Positions 7,522 to 16,450 of a DNA stretch of 30,766 nt are shown here, in pieces. The notes beneath the pieces are model-generated. The model was not told the DNA's origin and did not search any database. It worked only from the letters and a program-made list of their open reading frames with translations. The number at the start of each line of letters is the position of its first letter. Position 1 is the first letter of the stretch. Both the position numbers and the translations under genes were made by a program. This DNA is from a virus. Taxonomy: Duplodnaviria > Caudoviricetes. The stretch lies in IMG/VR virus record IMGVR_UViG_3300047545_000399, positions 1 to 30,766 of that record; one strand, written 5' to 3'.

Positions 7522-10494
7522 TTATGCGTGTGGCAAGATTAACGGGCCAAGTGATAGCCACTGTGGGATACCGGCTGCTTGCGCTCCACCGTTAGGGCCA
7601 AGTGTGGCGTAATCATTTATGGTATCGCCAGAACCGCCGAATACTTGGACTGCGACGCCTGTCTGTCCGTTAATCGTCTGATTGACAAAACGCATTTGAA
7701 CGGGGATAGGCTGCGCATCTGCACTTGTAGACCGTTGCATCTGGCCCATATAGATCGGCTGACCGCGAACTTGAACGCCGTTAAGGAATGCAACCGTCTG
7801 CGTGCCTACGATATTCCCATTGAGCGTAATCAGCCCTTCAACTTCAATCTGACCGCGAGGATCGCTTTCTACTGTGTTATAGCGATAGAACGCCGTGAAT
7901 GGCGCAGCATAAGGGCCAACAACACCGGCCACCGCAGGTAAGGCGGCAGTCATGCCCGGAGCGGTTTGCCCCGCCACGGTTACCAACCGCCAATCGCCAG
8001 AGCCTTGAGCGTGATCGTTCTGGACACGCAAAGCTGGGGTTGCGGAAGCGAGCGCAATACCGGGCTGTGTAATTGTGCCATCAGCCCATGCAACTCTTGC
8101 TTTACCGTCGCCGGTACTGATATTAGCGCCCCTTGAGCCGTTGTAATGCGCAACGCGGACAGCACCAGTTGGCACAGTAAAATTTCCGCCTTGGTAGTTG
8201 GTGATAACGAAATCGCCAGCGACGGAACCCGTTCCGGATATATATGCGGGCGGGATAAACCATAGCGTATCCCATACGCCGAGCGGAATATAGGGCCTAC
8301 CTGAGATTCCTTGTACGACACGAGTAAGCGCAACAGCGCCGTTCGTCAAGGCAACTGGGATCGCGGTACCAATAGCGGGAGGGTTAATGTACAGATACTG
8401 AGCGCCCCATGATGCGTACATATCTGAGATGCCGTACATCATTTGGTTGGCGTCCCACGACACCATTACACCATCCGGGAAACCAATCAATCCATTAGCC
8501 CCAGCTCCTGCAAAAATGCCGCCATGAGACCAGCGAGTGTATTTCAAACCTGTGTGAGTAACACCCATTCGGCGATGTAGGCGGTCTAAGTCGCCATCAG
8601 CCTTGCCCATCCAGATAGCATCACCCGCACGCAGACTACGCTGTACGCCGCCAACCAAAACTTGGGTTGTTGCGTTAGCTCCGGTCAGTTGATAGCTCAT
8701 CACAGGCAGCCAATTTACTGGGATAACTACACTGCCTGCATATCCTGCAACATACCATGACCCTGCGTTAACGCCGCCGGTATCGCTAGCTGCATAGTAC
8801 AAAGTCTCGTTGTCGTTTAACTGCACAACAGTAGAAGTCGCCGTAATCGGAAAGGTACCACGCTGCGCACCACCAAACTTAACAATCGCATCAGCCGCCG
8901 TAACAGTTTCCCATGTACGATTAGCTGCACCATTGACACCAATGACCACTGTACCTGCCGCACGACCAGCTTGGTTTACATCGACAAAACCATTTGCATT
9001 GATGTATGAACGTTGGCCACCATCAATCCATCGAATGCTTCCGGTAAAGCCAACGCGCTGGGGCGTAGATGTTGCAAACGTAGCGTAGAAATAACCCTCG
9101 CCCTGAGCACGGTTCTTCATTGCTGTCCACAAAGCTGCGGTTACATCTGTACCGCCGCCGAACTGTCCACCCAAGCCAAGAACATCTTTAGTTCCCCAGT
9201 AGAACATATTGTTGTCATCGCGGCTAACAATTCTAATCCACTCGCCGGGGTGGGTTCCGGGGTAACTCGTATTATTCAACAGGCTTGGGGTTGCGCCCAC
9301 AGCCGAAGATGTATACGGCGTGATTAAAAAATTACCCGCAATTGTGGCAAGTCCAGTGCCGCGTGTTGCGCGATACCAAAGAGTCTCCCATGCATTTAGC
9401 AAAATACCGCCTGTAGCCGCAACCTGACCTACTGTAGCTGCAACGACTGTCCGAGTACCGCCGCCTTGAACTGGAACAGTAGCCCCGACCGCTGGCATAA
9501 TAATGTCATGATAACCATTCGGCTCTTGAATTGTAACTCCCGCCGTCATCGTAATTAAACGACTCGTCCAAGCAACCTCACCCGCCAACGATACGCGAGC
9601 CTGACCATTCATCTGCAACAAGTCTTGCAAGTTGAACTCGGTCTGAACCTGAGCCTCGTACTGCCACGGCCCCCATGTAGTTGCGCTTGTGCCTGTACGA
9701 TAAATCTTACGGCCATCATCAAGCGTCACGCGCTGGAATACTTGGCCGCCGGAAAAGTCAGCCGCATTTGAATAACGACGCTGAGTCTCTAAAAGAACAT
9801 AGGTCTGCAAGCCCGGAAACTGCGTAGCCGTTAAGCCAATCGCCGTTGCGGTCTTGAATGTATAACTATCGCCCGCCGCATAATCTTGCGGGTTAGGATT
9901 GGTCGCACGCAGATCGGGCACTGACACGCCATTTGCTAGACGCACTTTACCCAATAGGTCTACGCCGATTGCAGTCATGTTGGTGTCAGTTACGCCACCA
10001 TCACCCGCTGTTAATTGAACTGAATTACGCGAACGAAGGTCGTCTAGGGTTAGGCCGGAGTCACCGTTTACGCCGGTGTCTACAACAGTTTGACCCGAAC
10101 GAAAAATCGCGTCTTGGGTATCTGTGGCGCCGTCTGGGGTTAAGCCAGTCAGCGAACCAGACCTCCAAAAATCTGCCGCTGATTCTTGTGGAACCGATGG
10201 GCTGTGCCAAGTATTATCTTCCGCACCCCAAATCAACTCAACATACTGACCGGCCTTGACCGAGTTCGCGTACATTGTGAATGTGTTCGTCCCCGTATTG
10301 GTAATAATAACAGCTAAACCGGATCGAGTATCTGTGGGGTTAGGTAGAGTGAACGATAGGTTAGCCGCCGACGCATTAACGCCGATGTTACTAACAATAT
10401 CTACCGTGGCCACCGCTGTACCGACCACGCCACTTGCAGCAAGGGGGGCTAGGTTTACGCGCTCACGAAGTAGTGCCGAGTTTATCTCTGCCAT
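7522..10494 (-). CDS. Long fibre / receptor-binding protein
   Basis: 990 aa, rich in G/T/A/V. Has a pyocin-knob-like segment (DLRATNPNPQDY...GGQVFQ...IYRTGTSATTWGPW), three divergent internal repeats (ETLWY/ETLYY/DTLWF) and an RBP-head-like C-terminus. Confidence 0.7.
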   Translation of the reverse strand: MAEINSALLRERVNLAPLAASGVVGTAVATVDIVSNIGVNASAANLSFTLPNPTDTRSGLAVIITNTGTNTFTMYANSVKAGQYVELIWGAEDNTWHSPSVPQESAADFWRSGSLTGLTPDGATDTQDAIFRSGQTVVDTGVNGDSGLTLDDLRSRNSVQLTAGDGGVTDTNMTAIGVDLLGKVRLANGVSVPDLRATNPNPQDYAAGDSYTFKTATAIGLTATQFPGLQTYVLLETQRRYSNAADFSGGQVFQRVTLDDGRKIYRTGTSATTWGPWQYEAQVQTEFNLQDLLQMNGQARVSLAGEVAWTSRLITMTAGVTIQEPNGYHDIIMPAVGATVPVQGGGTRTVVAATVGQVAATGGILLNAWETLWYRATRGTGLATIAGNFLITPYTSSAVGATPSLLNNTSYPGTHPGEWIRIVSRDDNNMFYWGTKDVLGLGGQFGGGTDVTAALWTAMKNRAQGEGYFYATFATSTPQRVGFTGSIRWIDGGQRSYINANGFVDVNQAGRAAGTVVIGVNGAANRTWETVTAADAIVKFGGAQRGTFPITATSTVVQLNDNETLYYAASDTGGVNAGSWYVAGYAGSVVIPVNWLPVMSYQLTGANATTQVLVGGVQRSLRAGDAIWMGKADGDLDRLHRRMGVTHTGLKYTRWSHGGIFAGAGANGLIGFPDGVMVSWDANQMMYGISDMYASWGAQYLYINPPAIGTAIPVALTNGAVALTRVVQGISGRPYIPLGVWDTLWFIPPAYISGTGSVAGDFVITNYQGGNFTVPTGAVRVAHYNGSRGANISTGDGKARVAWADGTITQPGIALASATPALRVQNDHAQGSGDWRLVTVAGQTAPGMTAALPAVAGVVGPYAAPFTAFYRYNTVESDPRGQIEVEGLITLNGNIVGTQTVAFLNGVQVRGQPIYMGQMQRSTSADAQPIPVQMRFVNQTINGQTGVAVQVFGGSGDTINDYATLGPNGGAQAAGIPQWLSLGPLILPHA

Positions 10495-10495
10495 G

Positions 10496-10744
10496 TTATA
10501 CGTCCACTGAAATTCGTGCGCTGGCTACAGCCACTGGCACAAACAAAACAAAAGAATTGGTTGACTCTGAAATTACGCGAGCCGTAATAATTGCGCCGTT
10601 GGAGTTGTTGCGAACTTCGACCTGTCGAGGCGCAAACCCCGCATTGTCAGTTATCGTATTGTTTCCCGCAACAAGGGGCTGAACCAGACGAATGACATCT
10701 GGGTTCTGTATTTGTACGGACATTGCACCTACGGTAGCTGACAT
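10496..10744 (-). CDS. Small beta-rich virion-associated protein
   Basis: 82 aa with an AAAGGGG SD. N-terminus MSATVGAM resembles the upstream gene. Confidence 0.65.
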   Translation of the reverse strand: MSATVGAMSVQIQNPDVIRLVQPLVAGNNTITDNAGFAPRQVEVRNNSNGAIITARVISESTNSFVLFVPVAVASARISVDV

Positions 10745-10757
10745 TTCTTATCCCTTT

Positions 10758-10786
10758 AATAAGCGCCCACCATTGCTAGTGAGCGC
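10758..10786 (-). terminator. Possible weak intrinsic terminator
   Basis: Minus-strand RNA GCGCUCAC-UAGCAAUG-GUGGGCGC-UUAUU: 8-bp stem with one G-U pair and a short U-rich tail, in an intergenic gap. Confidence 0.4.
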
Positions 10787-10805
10787 CATTCTAAATCACA
10801 ACCTA

Positions 10806-11252
10806 TTAAGCCGTACCAAAGTTGATAGCAACATGACCTGCAAACGTGCTCGCTGCTGCGGCCAAGGTCGAAGCCTCAACAACACCTGCCGCGCTTGGAA
10901 CCGCTACGGCAATAACAGAAACACTGTCAATCGCGTTGATCGCGCCAGTCGCGTTATCGGCATCACCACCAACATCAGACGAATCGTAAGTGTAAGTGCC
11001 GAATGGAGGCACAAGGAACACGCGGGTAGCTGCAGAACCTAGCGAATTTATACCGCCGCTAAACGTGATGGTTCCACGAACCCAGTTTTGTGAAGCATTA
11101 AACGCAGTCAAAGACTGTTGCGGTTGTGCTGGATTATGCACACCGGCTACTGCGGCTGCGCCGGCTGCGATAGTTTGGATGGTACTTTCGTGTTCCTTAG
11201 TTAAATCCGGCTGGACTGGAACTGCGCCCATTGCGCCATTAGTTGCACTCAT
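10806..11252 (-). CDS. Hypothetical virion protein (148 aa, jelly-roll-like)
   Basis: ATG at 11252 with a TAGGA SD, after the upstream stop at 11269. Starts MSATNGAM. Confidence 0.7.
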   Translation of the reverse strand: MSATNGAMGAVPVQPDLTKEHESTIQTIAAGAAAVAGVHNPAQPQQSLTAFNASQNWVRGTITFSGGINSLGSAATRVFLVPPFGTYTYDSSDVGGDADNATGAINAIDSVSVIAVAVPSAAGVVEASTLAAAASTFAGHVAINFGTA

Positions 11253-11268
11253 ATTTATTCCTATAAAG

Positions 11269-12327
11269 TTAAGGTATATACAGAGCGGTGATTCGTTGCT
11301 CACCGCTGCCTGCATCAAGTGAAAGCGCAGAAGCGCCTAAATAATCCCAAGCGTCAGAGCCGGTGATTGCCGACCACGACCACGTTTCGCCAGTCGATAG
11401 CGGTACGCCTGAACCTGAATCGCCGCTAACCGATCCAGTACCGGCGATTTGCTTGACCGTTACCGATTGGATTTTGTTAGTGCCCACAGCAGATTCAATG
11501 TCAGCCATAGATACAACACCGCCATTGCGCTCTAGGTAAATCAATACTTTGCGCTCAGGCACAACCGCCGGGCAATCGCCCAGCACAAACCCAGCAGGTG
11601 CAGCAGCCGATACAACACCAGCGCTATCTACCCAATCAACTAGCTCTGACTCAAGCGCACCAGTCTCAGCATCAAATCGTGCTGTCTCGCGCATGTAATA
11701 CGACACACCCGCTGCGCATCCTAAAACGGCAGTGCGAGTAACATTAACTTGTGCGGTAACAGAGGTAAGGTCGGTTGGCAAAGTACCTGTAAACGGAGTG
11801 CCGTCTAGGTTCTCATAGCGCAATGTCCATACGCCGGTGTCCTCGCTGTATTCACGAATGCGGAATAAGCCAAGCTCACTGGACGCTGAATAAAGTTTAG
11901 TCTCGCTGAACTCGATCTTAAGAGGTGGGAGCGGATCGCAAAACTTTACGTTCTGTACAAAGTCTGGGTGTGGGACCGTTTGAACTGCTTGTGATGCAAT
12001 AGCAGGCTGCAAAGAACCATCGCAAACCATGCCCTGAACTGGCAGTGGCGCGGGGATAGTTTTGTTTTCTTTAATCGCAGCAACTACATCGGCCAAGCTA
12101 TTTGGCGGGCTTACTTCTTCGATAGTCCCTGTTAAAGCTGTAGTGCAATCTTGACTGTCAAAATACGAGACTGTCTTTACACCAGCAGCGCTTGTAACTG
12201 TTTGGCGAAATGCAAGTTTCTTGTCGCAACAGTCCTCTTTAATCCAAACGCAAGCAAGCGCAGTACCAGCCACAAAGCTAGGCGCAGCGCTACCGGCAGT
12301 TTGAGGCTCGCAGTTAGTACACTTCAT
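11269..12327 (-). CDS. Cys-rich fibre/decoration-like virion protein
   Basis: 352 aa, starts MKCTNCEPQ. N-terminal region resembles 19318..21825. First gene after motif copy 2. Confidence 0.6.
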   Translation of the reverse strand: MKCTNCEPQTAGSAAPSFVAGTALACVWIKEDCCDKKLAFRQTVTSAAGVKTVSYFDSQDCTTALTGTIEEVSPPNSLADVVAAIKENKTIPAPLPVQGMVCDGSLQPAIASQAVQTVPHPDFVQNVKFCDPLPPLKIEFSETKLYSASSELGLFRIREYSEDTGVWTLRYENLDGTPFTGTLPTDLTSVTAQVNVTRTAVLGCAAGVSYYMRETARFDAETGALESELVDWVDSAGVVSAAAPAGFVLGDCPAVVPERKVLIYLERNGGVVSMADIESAVGTNKIQSVTVKQIAGTGSVSGDSGSGVPLSTGETWSWSAITGSDAWDYLGASALSLDAGSGEQRITALYIP

Positions 12328-12352
12328 AGGCCCACCAATTTCATTTGCATCA

Positions 12353-12398
12353 TTTTTACCTTTTCCATAATTGAGCCGCTAGGGTGAAAAACCTACCT
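12353..12398 (-). promoter_or_regulatory. Conserved 20-bp motif (copy 2) plus TAAAAA; putative late promoter
   Basis: AGGTAGGTTTTTCACCCTAG at 12379..12398, overlapping the upstream TAG, then 20 nt, then TAAAAAT. Confidence 0.65.
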
Positions 12399-14613
12399 AA
12401 GCCAAACTCGGCGAAACAGTTACTTGGCCCGTGGTTGGGTTAATCGAAATAGCAGGATCATTATTTGCAAGCGAGTAAGTGATAGCACCCTGCCCACCAA
12501 CTGCTTGATGCAAAAAAAAATTGTTCTGCCCATGCGCGCCAGTCCATGCCGCCGCTGTTACAAAGTTGATCGGGTAACCTACTAAAACCGTCAATGGCTT
12601 AACTTGGTTATTCGTTCCAGCGTTGTTCGTTAGGGAAAACGTTAGATTTGTTGTGCCGATAGCAGACACCGGAGCCGTGCCCGATAACGTCCAAACAGTT
12701 TGACCGCCAACGACGCTACTCGTAACAGTGGCCCAGCTAGGGCTCACCGTAACCGCGGTTGGGTTGTTGCTGATCTGCAAGACCTGACTGAATGGGATGC
12801 CAGCTTCAACAGCTATCAGGTTATTAGTGACCTCTGACGGTACGGGCGCAGCGCTTTTGCTTATCGTAAACAGCTTGTTGTCATCGGGGCTTATCCCGTT
12901 AGCAACAACGATTTGCAATGTCGTATTACCAGCAGGCGCAGGCAGTGACGGATGCTGTAAAAGACCGGTAGAGCTAAGCGTAAAGCCTTGCGTCGCGCTT
13001 ACAATAGACCAGACTTTAGGGTCGGTTCCAGTCGCATTTAACTGCACGCTAAACGGCTGCCCTACCTGACCTGTTAATGTCAACGGACTGGTAATAACCG
13101 GCGGCGTCCCAACTAAAACCTTATTGATCGTAAATACTTGATCGACAAATCCGGCTGAATTGCTAAGCCTAAACGTTACCGTTTCCGGCTGAACGTTATT
13201 AGGCGTAACAGTCGGGCTATAAAGGATCGGAGCGCCCGCTTGATTAAAGTCAAGCCATGACGGCAAAGGGCCAACAATAGTCCAAACCAATGGCCCGCTA
13301 CCCGTACCAGTCGGGCTAAAGGTAAACGCCTGACCAATAGCGGCTGTGGTGCTGTTAGCGCTTGTAATCTGCGGGGGTATGACCTGCGCACTCACCGTCA
13401 CCGGTATTGTTGCTAAGACCGCGCTTGTCGGAGTTCGTAGGCTTATTGTTGCCGACCCATCCACGCCAAAGTTAACCGGTATCTGTGCAATGCCGCTGCC
13501 ATCAGTATTAAAACCGCTAAAAACATCAGAGATAGTAACCGCGTTACTGCTGCTCAAAAAGTTAAACCGGTTAATAACAAACTCAGAAAAGTTATCTACA
13601 ACCGTTGCAGATACGTTTTGCACAGGGCCAAAATACGGACTTGTTAATGAGGTTGGGTTAACTGTGATTGAAACTACGTTTGCGATCTTGACCTGCTGAT
13701 CAACCGTAATTGATCCAACAGTGAAACGAAAAACGGTAAACCCGACATAAGCACCGCTTTGCCCATAAGTAAAAACGGCACCGGCAGGCGAGCCACCCGT
13801 GACTGCGGTTAAAGACGCAACCGTTGCTGCCCCTTGCACAACACCGACCGTCACCGTAACGCCGCTCATGATCTGGCCTTGCGTATCGTAAACAATCACT
13901 CGGATTGACCCGTTATCGCTAAACTCAGGGTAAATCTTTAGCGAAGAATTCGGAACGTCAACCGCGATTGATCCGACCACAGAGTTAACAACAATCGGCC
14001 GTACATGGGTTTTGTTTTGGACCGTCTCACGCGCTGTTAAATCCTCGCCAGATCCTGCGCTATTTGCTGTAACACTAAAAGTTATTCGGCCACTCGCATT
14101 TGTGTTGCCACTTACCGGAGCGTTGATTGTAAACAGCGCGTTTGCACCATCATCAAACAACTGGACCGGATGATTAGGACCGTCTACGTTATTGGCTACG
14201 TCATAGACTCGATATTGCAAAGTCCTTGTTTGGCCAACAGAAAACGATACAACGCCTGGTGCAGGCGGGGAACCATCAACCAAGTCAAGAAATATCGTCC
14301 AGTTTGGGGCTAACGAGCTTGCCGATACATTGATCGGGACCGTGACAGACGACGCACCTGACGATCCAAATGTAGCGGTGGTACTGCCTAGACTAAGCAG
14401 CGAAAACGGAATGGCTACTAAGCCATCTATGTCCGTTATGAATGGCCCCGATCCTTTCTGCGCAATCGAAGTATTTGCAGTGCTTACCGTGACGGTAACA
14501 CCGCTAAGTGTAACTCCGTTGTCATCAGTTACGGTGACATAAGCCGTCAGACTGCCGGGGTTTGGATAGGTCCCTGTTAACGGCTGCGGATTTACAAATA
14601 CAAAGTTAGGCAT
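12397..14613 (-). CDS. Multi-Ig-domain protein (Big_1/invasin-like plus He_PIG-like repeats) ending in a truncated Ig domain
   Basis: VTVTDDNGVTLSGVTVTV (Big_1-like) and PPQITSANSTTAAIGQAFTFSPTGTGS / PPVITSPLTLTGQVGQPFSVQLNATG (He_PIG-like). Ends ...INPTTGQVTVSPSLA*. Confidence 0.8.
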   Translation of the reverse strand: MPNFVFVNPQPLTGTYPNPGSLTAYVTVTDDNGVTLSGVTVTVSTANTSIAQKGSGPFITDIDGLVAIPFSLLSLGSTTATFGSSGASSVTVPINVSASSLAPNWTIFLDLVDGSPPAPGVVSFSVGQTRTLQYRVYDVANNVDGPNHPVQLFDDGANALFTINAPVSGNTNASGRITFSVTANSAGSGEDLTARETVQNKTHVRPIVVNSVVGSIAVDVPNSSLKIYPEFSDNGSIRVIVYDTQGQIMSGVTVTVGVVQGAATVASLTAVTGGSPAGAVFTYGQSGAYVGFTVFRFTVGSITVDQQVKIANVVSITVNPTSLTSPYFGPVQNVSATVVDNFSEFVINRFNFLSSSNAVTISDVFSGFNTDGSGIAQIPVNFGVDGSATISLRTPTSAVLATIPVTVSAQVIPPQITSANSTTAAIGQAFTFSPTGTGSGPLVWTIVGPLPSWLDFNQAGAPILYSPTVTPNNVQPETVTFRLSNSAGFVDQVFTINKVLVGTPPVITSPLTLTGQVGQPFSVQLNATGTDPKVWSIVSATQGFTLSSTGLLQHPSLPAPAGNTTLQIVVANGISPDDNKLFTISKSAAPVPSEVTNNLIAVEAGIPFSQVLQISNNPTAVTVSPSWATVTSSVVGGQTVWTLSGTAPVSAIGTTNLTFSLTNNAGTNNQVKPLTVLVGYPINFVTAAAWTGAHGQNNFFLHQAVGGQGAITYSLANNDPAISINPTTGQVTVSPSLA

Positions 14614-14614
14614 A

Positions 14615-16450
14615 TTACGGCAAGCTTGCTGGCAGAGTTACAACGCCAGTTGACGGGTTAATTGTGACCCCTGCATCTTGTCCGCTAATCGACCAGGTAT
14701 AAGGTGGCACCCCTCCAGTTGCTGTGTGCTGGAATGTATTGATCTGAGCGTGAACACCCGACCAATTGTTAGGCGTTGCAATCGCTAAACTTGTTGGCGT
14801 TGCGGCGTTCACTTGCAGGGGCAAAGTACGCACAACTGGTGTGCTCGAGGCTGCATTAGTCATGCTAAAGCTAACCGTTGGGATGGTTCCTGCTGCACTC
14901 GCCGGAGGTGTACCACTTAATACCCAATTCCCCGATACATAAGCAGCACTTAACCAACTTGGCGATGTTACGGTAATTGCCGTTGGCGAACCAATTGTAG
15001 TTAGAACCGCTGAGTACGCTTGACCTTCGGTAGCTGTAGGTAATGGCCCCTGTACATCAGGTGCAACGCTTGCATTGGCGATGGTAAAGGTCAGTGTCTG
15101 AACAATATCAGGTGCGCAACCATTACTGTATGTAGCCGTAGCAGTCGATGTTCCCGCAGTAGCAGCGCTTGTAATACTCGCTGATCGGTTAGCACCAATC
15201 GTTACCCACGCAGGCCCGCTAGTCTTAGTCCACGTTCCCGCTGTGGCTGAGTTCACCACCGGCAGAATTTGTGAACTAAACGCATTGCCGATTCCAGCGG
15301 TACCGCTAAAGCTAGTCGTACCTGCACTTGTCAGAGTAGGCGCAACGCATGGCGCAGCACTAATGGTAAACGTTAGTGTCTGTTGTAGGTTAGGCGCGCA
15401 TCCGTTGTTGTACTCACGGACAGCAGTGTATGTACCTACAGGAGCGGCAGCGCTAATACTTGCAGCACCGTTTGCACCAATCGTAACCCATGATGCGCCA
15501 CTAAACTTTGACCACGTTCCAGAAGGAGTCGCGGGATTAGCAGTCGGCAATACTTGCGAGCCAAAGCTATTAGCTGTGCCGGATACACCGCTGAATGATG
15601 TTGTGCCGACTGTGTTAATTGTTGGCGCAGTGCAAATTACAAGCGTATCAACTCCGCGAATCACAACTTCTCCAAGTTGTATCAGTCCCGCATGACCTGT
15701 GCCTGATTCAACAGAGCCATCGTTTTGGTCAATCAAGAATCTATACTTGGTAAAAACTAAGTTAGTGTTGCCAGTGACTGTATAAAACTTTGTTTGTGTG
15801 CGAGCAGTCCATTGTTGGTTGGTCTGCGTGTCAAGCGTTACCCACGTTGAGCCATTCCAGCCCTGCAAACGCCAATCTTTTGGGTCGCGTCCAAAGTCAT
15901 CGTTAGCGCTAGTTAGTTCATAGCTTGTTGCGTAAGTAGCAACGCCTGAAGCAAGGGCGTACTCAACGACTAAGCCACCGGGATTGGTCACACTTGATGG
16001 GGAGCTAGTGCTTGGAGCTAGGCCAAGCCCTTTGCTTATCAACGATCCATCGAACCAACCGCCGATTTGCTCAACGCCGCTCGGTGTAACAGGCGTGCTC
16101 GTAACCGTACCATTAACCGAAATAATCGGGTCAGGAACGGTTCCGCTAACCGTGATGTTAGTAGTTGTGGATGTTCCTGTGCCATTGCGGTTGCTAACAG
16201 TAACAGTGCTTGTGCGGTTAGTCCCCGGCGTCGCTAGTATCTCCACCGACCAATTACCATCAGCGTCAACCAATGCCGCCTTCTGTGTAGCAAGGCCATT
16301 CTCAACCGTAACGACAGCGCCCGGCGTCCCATTTCCCGAAATAATTAACGGGTAGTTACCGCTGAACGAAGGCGCAACCGTTACAGTCGGCAATACGTTG
16401 TCTCGTGCAACTGGAATTAAAGACGATACAATTAGTTGTACAGTAGCCAT
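14615..16450 (-). CDS. Ig-repeat protein with discoidin/F5-8-like carbohydrate-binding domain, ending in a truncated Ig domain
   Basis: N-terminal Ig domain (ISGNGTPGAVVTV...VDADGNWSV). YELTSANDDFGRDPKDWRLQGWNGSTWVTLDTQTNQ...IQLGEV is discoidin-like. Two tandem 94-aa Ig repeats. Ends ...INPSTGVVTLPASLP*. Confidence 0.8.
   Translation of the reverse strand: MATVQLIVSSLIPVARDNVLPTVTVAPSFSGNYPLIISGNGTPGAVVTVENGLATQKAALVDADGNWSVEILATPGTNRTSTVTVSNRNGTGTSTTTNITVSGTVPDPIISVNGTVTSTPVTPSGVEQIGGWFDGSLISKGLGLAPSTSSPSSVTNPGGLVVEYALASGVATYATSYELTSANDDFGRDPKDWRLQGWNGSTWVTLDTQTNQQWTARTQTKFYTVTGNTNLVFTKYRFLIDQNDGSVESGTGHAGLIQLGEVVIRGVDTLVICTAPTINTVGTTSFSGVSGTANSFGSQVLPTANPATPSGTWSKFSGASWVTIGANGAASISAAAPVGTYTAVREYNNGCAPNLQQTLTFTISAAPCVAPTLTSAGTTSFSGTAGIGNAFSSQILPVVNSATAGTWTKTSGPAWVTIGANRSASITSAATAGTSTATATYSNGCAPDIVQTLTFTIANASVAPDVQGPLPTATEGQAYSAVLTTIGSPTAITVTSPSWLSAAYVSGNWVLSGTPPASAAGTIPTVSFSMTNAASSTPVVRTLPLQVNAATPTSLAIATPNNWSGVHAQINTFQHTATGGVPPYTWSISGQDAGVTINPSTGVVTLPASLP
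15075..15636 (-). repeat. Tandem duplication of a ~94-aa Ig-like unit (282-bp period)
   Basis: CTAPTINTVGTTSFSG...WVTIGAN...NNGCAPNLQQTLTFTI versus CVAPTLTSAGTTSFSG...WVTIGAN...SNGCAPDIVQTLTFTI. Boundaries are approximate. Confidence 0.85.

Noticed and set aside
12379-14617. Truncated Ig C-termini as pseudogenes, readthrough products or DNA-rearrangement products
   Set aside because: Both genes stop at the equivalent residue with different stop codons, and readthrough meets another stop almost at once. I saw no shared DNA crossover sequence with the donor genes and no recombinase in the window.
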